A stretch of DNA of 64,000 nucleotides from a virus (IMGVR_UViG_3300021256_000074:1-64000), one strand, 5' to 3'; positions 26,544 through 35,956 are shown, counted from the stretch's first letter. Notes: generated by a model from the letters alone, not told the origin. Made by a program: numbers and translations.

Positions 26544-26963
26544 TCATAACAATTGTTGTCCAACAACGACCTCAATAACTGGTTCGTTTAATTGAAGCCG
26601 TTTGTTTATAGAATCAACAGTAAACATAGCGCTGCCTCCAGCGCCTTGTAGAGTGTAGAAGCGAATAATGCTCGGTACATTTTCATAAACAGTTTGCCAC
26701 CGTATGCTAACTGGATGACATATTCTGTCTATTTTACCTTGTTTCAGTCTGTCAAGCTGTTTTTTACTCACAGGCAGACTAAAAGATTTTATTAGTACCA
26801 CATCTTTTCTCTGCAATACCACGTTTGGTTCGTCTAAACCGATTACATCGGCATAGAATTTATCATTCACGATATGCATTATCTGCATCAGTGGTCCAAC
26901 GACTATACCAGACATTGTTTTCTTCCTTATTATACTTCCTACAAAGAATCTTTGCCTTCCCAT
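26544..26963 (-). CDS. Hypothetical protein
   Basis: 139-aa ORF. Confidence 0.7.
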   Translation of the reverse strand: MGRQRFFVGSIIRKKTMSGIVVGPLMQIMHIVNDKFYADVIGLDEPNVVLQRKDVVLIKSFSLPVSKKQLDRLKQGKIDRICHPVSIRWQTVYENVPSIIRFYTLQGAGGSAMFTVDSINKRLQLNEPVIEVVVGQQLL

Positions 26964-27037
26964 TTTATTTGCATTTTGATGTTAACAATAATAGTAAAGC
27001 TATCAAAGCCAATCCTACCCAGAAACCTGGGTCGATC

Positions 27038-27472
27038 TTATCCCTGTTTGCTCGCATCATGGCGCTTCTTTTTGATTAACCAACGCAAGGCAATCGTGAT
27101 GGCTTGCCGTTTCATCCCATAGTGGTTTGGTGACCACTTGGTTTGACCCAAAGATTCTCGCATGTTCCAACCCCATTTTGGATTACACACTTTCACCTTG
27201 TATGAGTATAGTATGCCTTTATTTGAGGTTGGGTCTACGAACGGTGCAGCAGTGTTGTATATCACAATATCGAAGGCTCTACGAAGCCAATCAATAGCTT
27301 CGTCTACTGTCGGTAATGTAACATACACGATGTTGTCACCATTTTTCTTTCTCTGGTTTGACCAGCATTGCGTTCCATGTTTTAGGATATAATTGTTTAC
27401 ATGCTCTTTGAATCCTACTTCTTCGAGCATGAGGGCTTGATTCTTTGTTACAACTTCTCTTACATCTTCCAT
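27038..27472 (-). CDS. Hypothetical phage protein
   Basis: A-x-x-L-x-E-x-GF...PTVDEAIDWLR motifs. Confidence 0.78.
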   Translation of the reverse strand: MEDVREVVTKNQALMLEEVGFKEHVNNYILKHGTQCWSNQRKKNGDNIVYVTLPTVDEAIDWLRRAFDIVIYNTAAPFVDPTSNKGILYSYKVKVCNPKWGWNMRESLGQTKWSPNHYGMKRQAITIALRWLIKKKRHDASKQG

Positions 27473-27473
27473 C

Positions 27474-27704
27474 TTATCTAGTGATTAAAAATTTAGGGAG
27501 TGATTTTGCCGATAGTTTGTTAAGAGTACTATTGACAGATTCTATAACAACTTTACAGCTGTTTTCTGTCAATCCGCTAGCAAACAGCATTGTGCTGTTG
27601 CCATCCTTCAGCCAAAGGCGACGTTTATCGTTGCCTAAGGCATCCACACGCTTCTTTTTGGGAAGCGGTGGATGTGGTTGGTTAGTCTTTTTCATTGGCA
27701 GCAT
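27474..27704 (-). CDS. Hypothetical protein
   Basis: 76-aa ORF packed between neighbours. Confidence 0.55.
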   Translation of the reverse strand: MLPMKKTNQPHPPLPKKKRVDALGNDKRRLWLKDGNSTMLFASGLTENSCKVVIESVNSTLNKLSAKSLPKFLITR

Positions 27705-28188
27705 AAAGTAATGCCATCACAATCCGCAAGGGAATTGTTCCGGCCACATGACATTCGCCTGTAGTACCGTTGTGTGTGATGACACACATTCCGATGTTTT
27801 TTGCTTTTGCCTTTTCGATAAGAACGTCTGCGGCTTCGTCTATTTTTCCGATGCCAAACTCTTCGTCTGCAGCCTTTTTTTCTGCTCCTTCGGCTATAGC
27901 CTTCCGTTCTTCTTCCTTGAAAAGAGTTAATAGTTCTTTGTGTGTCTTTTCAAGTTTGTCAATCACTTTCGTTGAGTCTCCGTTGCTAATTTGCCAACCA
28001 AGGACGGATTTGTTCTCGATTACCGTGTGTCCTAATTCGTCCGTAACGTCAAACCGTTTGAGTTTTGCGTTTTTTATAAACGCTTTTACTCGTTTGTCAT
28101 TGGATTTCAATAACTCCGCCATCTGTGGCGTCACTACGACCTGGCTCTCCAACTTAGCCATTCCGCTTTTTGTTTTGAATTCTACCAT
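27682..28188 (-). CDS. Hypothetical protein
   Basis: Likely ATG at 28188. Confidence 0.75.
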   Translation of the reverse strand: MVEFKTKSGMAKLESQVVVTPQMAELLKSNDKRVKAFIKNAKLKRFDVTDELGHTVIENKSVLGWQISNGDSTKVIDKLEKTHKELLTLFKEEERKAIAEGAEKKAADEEFGIGKIDEAADVLIEKAKAKNIGMCVITHNGTTGECHVAGTIPLRIVMALLYAANEKD

Positions 28189-28222
28189 AATTTGATATTT
28201 GGTTTTTTGAGACAAACTTTCC

Positions 28223-28399
28223 CTATTGTCTCTTTAGGGTTATTTCTTTTACAGGCTGAGCCGGCTTGTCTGCTTTTGGCTGTGTTGGCAGACTGTCTGG
28301 TTCATACTCTCTGTAGGTTGGCGTTATGTGCTCTGTTAATAAGAGCAGAGATAGCACTGACAACGTCAAAATCAGTGCTATGATTAATTTTTTCTTCAT
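28223..28399 (-). CDS. Small exported protein (58 aa)
   Basis: MKKKLIIALILTLSVLSLLLL signal-like N-terminus; TAG stop. Confidence 0.55.
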   Translation of the reverse strand: MKKKLIIALILTLSVLSLLLLTEHITPTYREYEPDSLPTQPKADKPAQPVKEITLKRQ

Positions 28400-28534
28400 A
28401 TTTATTGATTAAAATGTTTCTATTCAAAGATGTGAGGAATACGGGTACCTCACTATATCGGACGCCATCTCCGACTTTGTGGCAGGCAAAAATGTCATGG
28501 CTAAGTAAAAACCTGCCACCTTCGATGTTTGATG

Positions 28535-28590
28535 AAAGTCCCTTCTGTATTTATGCGGGCTTAGGACCGCCGTTGGCTACATTAGACTTC
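28535..28590 (-). ncRNA. Twister self-cleaving ribozyme (type P1)
   Basis: GAAGTC-TAA-TGTA-GC-CAACG-GCGG-TCCTAA-GC-CCGC-ATAAA-TACA-GAAGG-GACTTT matches the twister layout (P1, UAA, P2, GC, P4 loop); predicted cut between 28584 and 28583. Confidence 0.92.
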
Positions 28591-28913
28591 AATAAAGAGA
28601 GATACACTGCAATCTGACTCACGACAATACTTTGACGTATTCGATTTACCAGATAGCACCTTAAGATTCGCGTAGTGGTGCAGTGTAGTAGTTCTAACAA
28701 TCCTCTGGGTACGAGACCTCATAACTACGTCTATAGGTTTTGTTCCCTACAGAGTGGCGTGTGGTCACATAGTCTCTACCAGCGTAACTTTCAACATGTG
28801 GTCTCATTGTTTTAGTATGTTTCTTATTTTTGTAATCAACATGACTAACCCAATGAAGATAGCAGCTGCGATACCGAACGCAGCCACTGTTACGAAGAAT
28901 GATTTTAGAATAA

Positions 28914-29213
28914 TCATTTGCGTTCTTTTTTGAGTTGTTCAGTCACTTTTGGAAGATAGCGCTTATACGTCTTGCCAGTCTTTTTGGACTTGCAGATAAT
29001 ATAAGCCTTTCCTTTTGATGAGAGATAAATGGGGTATGATACTCCATTCTTGTCCTTATACACAAAGGACGTCTTCACCGCAGAATCTTTTTTCTCGACC
29101 TGCTCAAAGACATTTCCTTTGCGTACAACATTTTGTGCTTTTGCGCCAATGAAGGCGCCTAAGAACCATGCCACCAGCACTATAATGGCGATGGTCCTTG
29201 AATACTTTTTCAT
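28914..29213 (-). CDS. Small exported protein
   Basis: Signal peptide ending AKA-Q; YPIYLSSKGKAYI...KTGK-x-YKRYL. Confidence 0.75.
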   Translation of the reverse strand: MKKYSRTIAIIVLVAWFLGAFIGAKAQNVVRKGNVFEQVEKKDSAVKTSFVYKDKNGVSYPIYLSSKGKAYIICKSKKTGKTYKRYLPKVTEQLKKERK

Positions 29214-29239
29214 ATGTTGTTTTTGAATTGATTTCAAAT

Positions 29240-29273
29240 AAAAGAACTGCTATCTTCACAGACTGCAGTTCTC
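29240..29273 (-). terminator. GNRA-capped terminator family member
   Basis: GAACTGC-AGTCTGTGAAGATA-GCAGTTC-TTTT. Confidence 0.72.
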
Positions 29274-29415
29274 ACATCGCTTCTAGGGTTAAATATAAAA
29301 GTAATTAAAGCCAGTACAAACACTTTATTCCACCGCTGTGGAGCGCTTGTACTGATGTGTACATGTAGAATATTTGGATGCAACATGTATATATTTTAGA
29401 TGGGGAACTTCTATC

Positions 29416-29449
29416 AAAAGAACTACTATCTTCGCAGACTGTAGTTCTT
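29416..29449 (-). terminator. GNRA-capped terminator family member
   Basis: AAGAACTAC-AGTCTGCGAAGATA-GTAGTTCTT-TT. Confidence 0.72.
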
Positions 29450-29546
29450 CGTCTCCACCGCTGTGGAGACATGGCTTCAAAAGATATCAGCTAACCTTAA
29501 AACCTGATAACTAAGAACAACTATATTTTAAACGAACACTCCATTT

Positions 29547-29579
29547 AAAAGAACTGCTATTCTCACGAACCACAGTTCT
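29547..29579 (-). terminator. GNRA-capped terminator family member
   Basis: GAACTGT-GGTTCGTGAGAATA-GCAGTTC-TTTT. Confidence 0.72.
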
Positions 29580-30900
29580 CAACTCTGTCAAATGAAAAAT
29601 AGAGTTTTAATGAGACTTCAAATAAAGGAGCAGGAGGCCATCCCTGCTCCCCACCAACGGGATGTTGCCATACTAACGGTCTATTGGTGGTCTCGATCCG
29701 CGTTCGGCCGCTCGCGTTTAACCCTTCCGAGCGTAAGGTATATTTTAAATGGGAGAGACTAGGCTTTCACTCTCCCTGTACGCCTAAAACCTTTCACAGC
29801 GCTTTGGACAGTAATTCACACTGACACATAGACAATCCTTTAACCTTACTAAGATCGCCTTAAGTAATATACTACTAAGTTTCGGACGATATATTACTTT
29901 GTCATCGTAGGTATATCTACGACTATCTAAATCAACTCTGACCAGTATCATTAGAAAGCAGAGCAGTGTTTTTGAGTATTACATGTGTTTTTCCTGCATT
30001 ACACACACTTCTTTATTGACGTTTAGTCAGAACGTCTCCAGTACTCTATATGTATTGTTGTTGTGTTCAAACAAAAAGTGGGAGAGTTGCTGAGTACAGA
30101 CCAACATCGCTCTCCCTTCTACATTGCACCTCCTTCGTGCTAGGATGTGTAGCGCATCACAGTGCCTCACTTATCACCCGAGACCAGGCTAGCACACACA
30201 GGCAATTGGTACGCTCTACCTAGACCAATTGATCGTTAAATCGGCGCGTTTACACAATTTTTATCATACATCTACACTGGTCTTTCAGTGTTGACCAAGA
30301 TGTATTTAGCCCTATTCGTCCCAATATGGGACTTTCGTGTGTGCAATTTACATTAAACTCCAGGGTGTACAACGGTCAAATCATACACCCTTTCAACGTT
30401 AATTGAATTGATGTTTGAAGTGTGAACAGTCGATATTCACTTTCCTTTGACCGGCGACCAAACCCGAGGATTACTTAATTGTACATAATAGTAATGATAG
30501 CGACTTACGATCCAACTTCGCGGCGTCGTAGCGTAGTATCAGCTATCCTAATTTGGAGTTTAACATATGTCCACTTATTTATTGGTGAACAAAATTAGCG
30601 GTTTCAGTTTATCTTACCGCAAACTTAACTGTTCTGGCTCACTACCATTTACAGATAACTTTCCCCCTCTTTGGTTGGCATGGTTAAGGGAACCACCAGC
30701 TTCACGCACATCGACTTTATCTATTATAGTGCGTTGCTACATTTAGTTTAACGTCGGCCGGTTGTAGCTCCTCGACGCACACAGTGTACCAAATTAAAGC
30801 TGGAAGATATTTGGGCTGTGTTTCATATCTTTGTTTTCGGCATACGTTCGCCCTGGATGTTTTGACTCATCCGACACATTTCGTGTCCGTTTGTGAATAA

Positions 30901-30955
30901 TACTGTTTCGGCTCATGCCATCATCAGGCCACGGACTTTTACCGTGACGACAGTA
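30901..30955 (-). ncRNA. Type III hammerhead ribozyme
   Basis: TACTG-TC/GTCACGG-TAAAAGT-CCGTGGC-CTGATGA-T-GGC-ATGA-GCC-GAAA-CAGTA; GUC site with predicted cut 30949/30948; one extra U after A9. Confidence 0.88.
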
Positions 30956-31010
30956 AACAAGATAAAGTTTGAGCAGTTTAAAGTCTTGCTCAGGACCGGA
31001 GCCTTAGAGT

Positions 31011-31307
31011 TTATTCCTCATTATCAGCAGGGGTTGACGGCTGAGGTTTGTTCTCATTTGCCAAGAACTCATCGAATGCACTTACAATTGTGCCTTCATA
31101 ATCCTTGGTAAACACGGATAAGATTGCATGCATGAGCTTCAAATCAGCATCATCAATATACTTTTTCTCTTTTGCCTCAGGCTTGTGAGAATTAAGTACA
31201 TCAACGATACGATTCTTAAGTTCATGCATCTGCCTCATTTCGTTGAGGTTGACGTCCTCGATGTTATATCCTACAACACCGATAGAAGTTTTTTTCTTGA
31301 TGTTCAT
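31011..31307 (-). CDS. Hypothetical protein
   Basis: 98-aa ORF. Confidence 0.75.
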   Translation of the reverse strand: MNIKKKTSIGVVGYNIEDVNLNEMRQMHELKNRIVDVLNSHKPEAKEKKYIDDADLKLMHAILSVFTKDYEGTIVSAFDEFLANENKPQPSTPADNEE

Positions 31308-31407
31308 ATGTTAGGTTGGATTTAAGCCTATTTGTAACAATTTGTGTACTAACCCCCAAAGGTAAAGGGCACGCATGCTACTTTGCACACGCGCCCTCAT
31401 TTGCCCG

Positions 31408-32070
31408 TTAGAATGGCACCTCTTCGTTGCTGTCCTCGTTGTTGTGGCCGTCTGTAGGTGTCTCCACCTTTGCTACTTTGCCGACAGGCTCAATGAAGAA
31501 GCGGGACATCAGCTCCTCACCGACGACTTCTGGCGAGCGTCCATCGATGTAGGTCGTCTCAGGCAGGCCTTTGTCGTTGATGGTGATGTACTCCACACGG
31601 ACGAACACGGTAATACGTGATTTTTGCACACGCTCACCTCGCTTGTTCAACGTCGGCTGACCGTCGATGTCGTTGGCGTAGCGTGGCCCAGTAGGGAACA
31701 CGTACGGCACCTTCTTACCGCCTTCAGCACGCAGAATGGTGTTCTTGATGTCCTCCTCGTCGCTGTCCTCTTCAGGATGCGCACAAGTGGCACGCAGTTT
31801 CGCCATGTCCACGACATAGCCACCTTTGCCGTCCTTCAGGTACTTGCCAGGCTCTTCCTCTTTACGGTGCGCCCAGAGAATGTCCCAGACACCTGTTCCC
31901 AGGTTGTCCCTCCACTTTATCTCTCTCACAGGGTCGCCACCAGCCTTATTCTTGAGAACAAGCACAGCGTACATGGCCTTTACCTTTTCACGATTCTCGC
32001 GCTTAGCCTGACACAGGAAAATGTCAAGGCATTTGAACACACTCAGTTCTTTTCCTCTGATTATCTCCAT
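31408..32070 (-). CDS. Hypothetical protein with SSB-like acidic -EEVPF tail
   Basis: 220 aa, strong codon bias. Confidence 0.82.
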   Translation of the reverse strand: MEIIRGKELSVFKCLDIFLCQAKRENREKVKAMYAVLVLKNKAGGDPVREIKWRDNLGTGVWDILWAHRKEEEPGKYLKDGKGGYVVDMAKLRATCAHPEEDSDEEDIKNTILRAEGGKKVPYVFPTGPRYANDIDGQPTLNKRGERVQKSRITVFVRVEYITINDKGLPETTYIDGRSPEVVGEELMSRFFIEPVGKVAKVETPTDGHNNEDSNEEVPF

Positions 32071-32100
32071 AACTCAAAACGTTTTAGGGTTAATACTATT

Positions 32101-32408
32101 TGTTGTTACTATATCGATGTTTATAAGAAGATGAAGTTTGGTTAGTTTATTCAAGTAAATTGTGTACACAAAGCGCCATGTATTAAGAGTGGAAACAGAG
32201 TGGCTCAACTGTTCAAACTGCGCAAGACCTTGTTTAGTGAAGTCTGCTCAGTGTCTACATGAAAAGCCACTCTGTTTTGTTTAGAAGAACACCTGAATAC
32301 TGCCAGGTGTCCCCCAAGCGTGGATTGTGTATTCTCTACTTTCATATCGTATACATGTTGTTACTATCGTTGATTAAAAGAAGACAAAAGTTCGGTTAGT
32401 TTATTCAA
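32101..32408 (-). promoter_or_regulatory. Duplicated ~55-bp upstream element (32101-32154 and 32356-32408), candidate early promoter or leader
   Basis: Both copies read TTGAATAAACTAACC(A/G)AACTT...TCTTCTT...ATAGTAACAACA on the minus strand. Confidence 0.55.
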
Positions 32409-32440
32409 CGAAGAGGGCAGCCGCGAAGCCGCCCTCAACG

Positions 32441-32641
32441 TTACTGTTTCGCACTCTGCACTGATTTCTCAGTACAGAAGGTTACTTGGAAATACCGGTT
32501 CGCCTTGTTGTGTAAGGCAAACACATCATTGTACACGTCCTGCCAACGTGTACGCTTCTCGGTGACAATGTAGCTGCCACCGACTTTGCAACTGGCGTAG
32601 TAGCGCTCAGTCACAACGGTTTTGACTTCGTTGTTTTCCAT
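32441..32641 (-). CDS. Small hypothetical protein (first gene of the standard-code arm)
   Basis: 66 aa, biased codons, followed by a hairpin at 32413-32436. Confidence 0.7.
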   Translation of the reverse strand: MENNEVKTVVTERYYASCKVGGSYIVTEKRTRWQDVYNDVFALHNKANRYFQVTFCTEKSVQSAKQ

Positions 32642-32930
32642 AACGTTGTTGTTTTTGTTGTTACTAATCCGTCCACGACAAGTAGAATTGTTCGGTCAGT
32701 TTGCTGCCGGGGGTACTTCCGCGAGCCTATCAGCCGGAGGGGGCGTTGAGATGCTCCTTCGCGTTTTCGCACATGCACAACAAAAAAAAATAAAAAATTT
32801 TTCACCGTTCCGAAGGAATGTTTGTGCTTCGAAGAAGTGTATAAAAAAATCCGAAGAGCTTTCACTCCTCGGATTCTATGTTTATATCTTCCCAATCTGC
32901 AGGTTCTATGTCGTTCATAAGCTTAATTTT

Positions 32931-33422
32931 TTATTCAGAAGTTGGTATTTCTTCAAATTCTTTTGAAGCTTCATCAGAAGCTGGCAATTCTTCGAATTGT
33001 ACGTATTCATCCATTATCGTTGGTGAAGGCTGTTCCACAGCTTGTTCCACCACTGTATCGTCCACTCCACTTTCATCGTCTCCAGAAACTGTTTCTGCGT
33101 CTCCTCCTTCAACTTCATTTTTAAGTTCTTTTATGGCTTTTTCTATCTGTTCTTTAGTAGATTTATCGACATTTTGTTTGTCTATCTCTTCCTGTAACTC
33201 TTGTTTAGTCATACGACTATACTGTTGAAGTATATAAGAGGTGAGATTGCGCATATAAGTAGCATAAATAGGGGCTTTTTTGTCATTTTCTCCTACTTCT
33301 TCTAACTTTTTTCTATAATATTCTATCCTTTCCTGAGCTTCTTTTACAGTCATTTGGCTGTTATTTCCAGCAGCTCGTATAAGCTTACCATCAATATCGT
33401 AAATATTGGAATTATTTTTCAT
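32931..33422 (-). CDS. Acidic hypothetical protein
   Basis: 163 aa, NIYDIDG-x-LIR N-terminus. Confidence 0.8.
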   Translation of the reverse strand: MKNNSNIYDIDGKLIRAAGNNSQMTVKEAQERIEYYRKKLEEVGENDKKAPIYATYMRNLTSYILQQYSRMTKQELQEEIDKQNVDKSTKEQIEKAIKELKNEVEGGDAETVSGDDESGVDDTVVEQAVEQPSPTIMDEYVQFEELPASDEASKEFEEIPTSE

Positions 33423-33440
33423 ATTTTTATCAATTAATCG

Positions 33441-33980
33441 TCATAATAATGATTCTGAAGTATTATTTTTGCGTTGCGTACTATAATTTCGTATGCTTTC
33501 CTCCATCTAAGGTCTTGCGAGCATTCTTTCAACGTGGTATGTGTAGGGCGTACACTAGGTTTCTATTCGTTTTCCATTTTCGTCAATTGTAGTACGAGTA
33601 TATATTTTGTTTTTCTTCCAATCTTTATATGCATTAAAAGCCTATTTTCTATCGTATTTGTTACTATACTGATGGATACACTTTAACATTCTATCAGCAT
33701 CTACAGATCCACATGCTTTTATAGAGCATATATCGTCAATAAAGCTATTTACACCTTCTTCCCCGAATTTATCCCGTATTATGTTGTATTCTACTAGTGC
33801 TTGTTTGTAATACTAGTTATCTTCATCATATTCGGGCTTCATATCAAGTATATATAAGCTATTTATGGGGGCTCCGTGTATAAAGAAATACTTACAATTA
33901 TCAGTTACCGGCTACGATGTATGCTATAAACTCAAGTAGTCTGCGTAGTATAGTATAGCATTCAATTCTATATCGTTCAT
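33441..33980 (-). CDS. Hypothetical protein (179 aa, TAG=Gln, 6 in-frame TAG)
   Basis: ATG 33980 to TGA 33441 interrupted only by TAG; ATGA overlap with the upstream gene; missing from the ORF track. Confidence 0.85.
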
Positions 33981-34390
33981 ACTTTCTTTGTTAGTGTTTT
34001 ATATATACATTCAGCTGCCCAGGCTTGTAGGTAACAGAATGGCTCAGGGGAGCAAAAACATACATTTTGTTCTATTAGCTCGTATATATCTAATGCTACA
34101 TGAGTTGCTTCATGACTACAAGTATTTACAAGATCAGATTTCTTATCTTTATGACGTATATAGCTATCATGATTATACTTTACTAGTACTGTATAACAAT
34201 TACTCTGTTTATCCTTACATTTAGCTGTTACTGCTACACAATCTAGCATATTATTATCTAGTTCTACTCCATCTGAATACATATACTTTTTCTGCAAGTC
34301 TTCTAATGATGTATACTTATTAGCTACTACTAAACATACATCATATACTTCACAATAGTATGTATCTATTATACTCTTCTTATTCTTCAT
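33977..34390 (-). CDS. HExxH metallopeptidase-like protein
   Basis: SHEATHV...EPFCYL. Confidence 0.65.
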   Translation of the reverse strand: MKNKKSIIDTYYCEVYDVCLVVANKYTSLEDLQKKYMYSDGVELDNNMLDCVAVTAKCKDKQSNCYTVLVKYNHDSYIRHKDKKSDLVNTCSHEATHVALDIYELIEQNVCFCSPEPFCYLQAWAAECIYKTLTKKV

Positions 34391-34444
34391 AATCTTTATA
34401 TATACTTATATAGGGGGTTCTTAGGGGGATTATTGACATAAAAT

Positions 34445-34523
34445 TAACGGAAAATTGGACTAAACGGTTGCGAAAATAAAAAATTTTAATTTTTTGCAAC
34501 CATATCTACAAAACATTACGTTA
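34445..34523. promoter_or_regulatory. Back-to-back ECF-type promoters GCAACC-N16/17-CGTTA
   Basis: Plus strand: GCAACC 34496-34501, CGTTA 34519-34523. Minus strand: GCAACC 34471-34466, CGTTA 34449-34445. Located at the strand-switch point. Confidence 0.65.
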
Positions 34524-34550
34524 TGCCAGTGTAATTTGAATTTTTATACT

Positions 34551-34967
34551 ATGACAAAGACATTACGAGTAATTGAACCATTTTTTATTATGGAGCTTGG
34601 GGATACATTCGAATACTCAGCAGAAGCTGATATGTATGTATCTGAACACAAGCAGGAGTTTTACAAGATGGACGGTGAGAATGATAACGATATAAAGTCG
34701 TCTTATAATTCAAAATTCCAGATTTCTCCTGAATATGCACAGTCTTTGGTTGAGGATGGCTTCCTTGAGGAGGTTCCTGAAGCAGGAAAGACTACATTTG
34801 TGAATATCTTTGGTGAGATCGACACGCTTCTTGCAAAATACAAGAAGAATCTTGAAAACCTCAATGAAGACTGTATTGGTCTTCCGGCTTGTGTAAAAGT
34901 AGAAAAAGAGACCGTACTTACAAACTTAATTACGCTTCTCGAACACCTTAAAAGCTTGAAGAAATAA
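34551..34967 (+). CDS. Hypothetical protein (first rightward late gene)
   Basis: ATG 34551; TAATG coupling to the next gene. Confidence 0.8.
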   Translation: MTKTLRVIEPFFIMELGDTFEYSAEADMYVSEHKQEFYKMDGENDNDIKSSYNSKFQISPEYAQSLVEDGFLEEVPEAGKTTFVNIFGEIDTLLAKYKKNLENLNEDCIGLPACVKVEKETVLTNLITLLEHLKSLKK

Positions 34968-35368
34968 TGGAAGATAAAGAGATGATGGATCAGACGCAGC
35001 TCGCAGAAAGTGTTGGAACTCAAATTAAACTTGAGTTTTTCGATTACTTTCTCGTAAAGCCCTTGGATCCGATTAAAGTTAAGAAAGAGTTTACTAAACC
35101 TGTTTCAACTGGTACACCCGTAGAAGATGCAAATGGAGTCAAAGCAGAGGACTTTGATAGTGTTGAGACAGAGGTTAAAGAAGTTGATTCTGATTATCGC
35201 AAAGGAATTGTAATTAAGTGTCCTACTTATTATGACGAGCCTGGTGCAAAAAAGAACATTAATGTTGGCGATGTCGTAATCTTTAGAGAGGCTGCAGGAT
35301 TCCGGTTTGATTTGGTTAAAGATAGCAGATTGCTTAGACTATACGATATACTTGGTATTGAAAAGTGA
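34967..35368 (+). CDS. GroES/Cpn10-like co-chaperonin
   Basis: DYFLVKP...KGIVIK...INVGDVVIF...LLRLYDILG. Confidence 0.7.
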   Translation: MEDKEMMDQTQLAESVGTQIKLEFFDYFLVKPLDPIKVKKEFTKPVSTGTPVEDANGVKAEDFDSVETEVKEVDSDYRKGIVIKCPTYYDEPGAKKNINVGDVVIFREAAGFRFDLVKDSRLLRLYDILGIEK

Positions 35369-35580
35369 TTGGTATTGAACAACTTGCAAAAGAAGTTTCT
35401 AAACGAACTGGAATAGATCTAGAAATAGTATCACTCATCTGCAAGCATCCTTTTCTTGAAACAGAGAAGATAATGAAGGATGAAAACGATACACGAGATA
35501 TACTATTTAATCAGCTGTTTAAGTTTAAACTGAAACGAAGATATAAAGAAAACAAATCTAAAGAATATACTACAAAATGA
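35365..35580 (+). CDS. HU/IHF-like DNA-binding protein
   Basis: LAKEVSKRTG...DILFNQLFKFKLK. Confidence 0.6.
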   Translation: MIGIEQLAKEVSKRTGIDLEIVSLICKHPFLETEKIMKDENDTRDILFNQLFKFKLKRRYKENKSKEYTTK

Positions 35581-35945
35581 AGACGTTATACATTAATTCA
35601 AATGCTAACATCCTTATAGACGAGGAAGAGCATAATGTATCGAGACTTGATACACAACGTGAGGCTATCAGCAGAGTATACTTGATTCCTGAGGCAATGC
35701 ACATTGTGTTCGGCGAAGGTGAAACACACCAAGAGCTTGATGTAAAGAAGGACGACATCGTTATTGTATTCTATAACGGCGCATTCGATAAACAGATTGT
35801 TGTTGTCAAGAGCAAAGATTGGGCACGCAATCTTAAGATCTATAATGAAGAGCAACAGAGAATAAAAGAAGAGTGGGCTCTCAAGAAGGCAAGCGAATGC
35901 GGTTGCGATGGAACCAATTGTGTAGATACACCAGAATCGAAATAA
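35577..35945 (+). CDS. Hypothetical protein
   Basis: 122 aa, coupled to upstream gene. Confidence 0.8.
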   Translation: MKTLYINSNANILIDEEEHNVSRLDTQREAISRVYLIPEAMHIVFGEGETHQELDVKKDDIVIVFYNGAFDKQIVVVKSKDWARNLKIYNEEQQRIKEEWALKKASECGCDGTNCVDTPESK

Positions 35946-35956
35946 ATTATACAACA

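Noticed and set aside
30118-30165. HDV-like/theta ribozyme candidate (GCAC-CTCCTTC-GTGC)
   Set aside because: On the non-transcribed strand and P1/P2/P4 cannot be completed; no theta ribozyme was seen after the suppressor tRNA either
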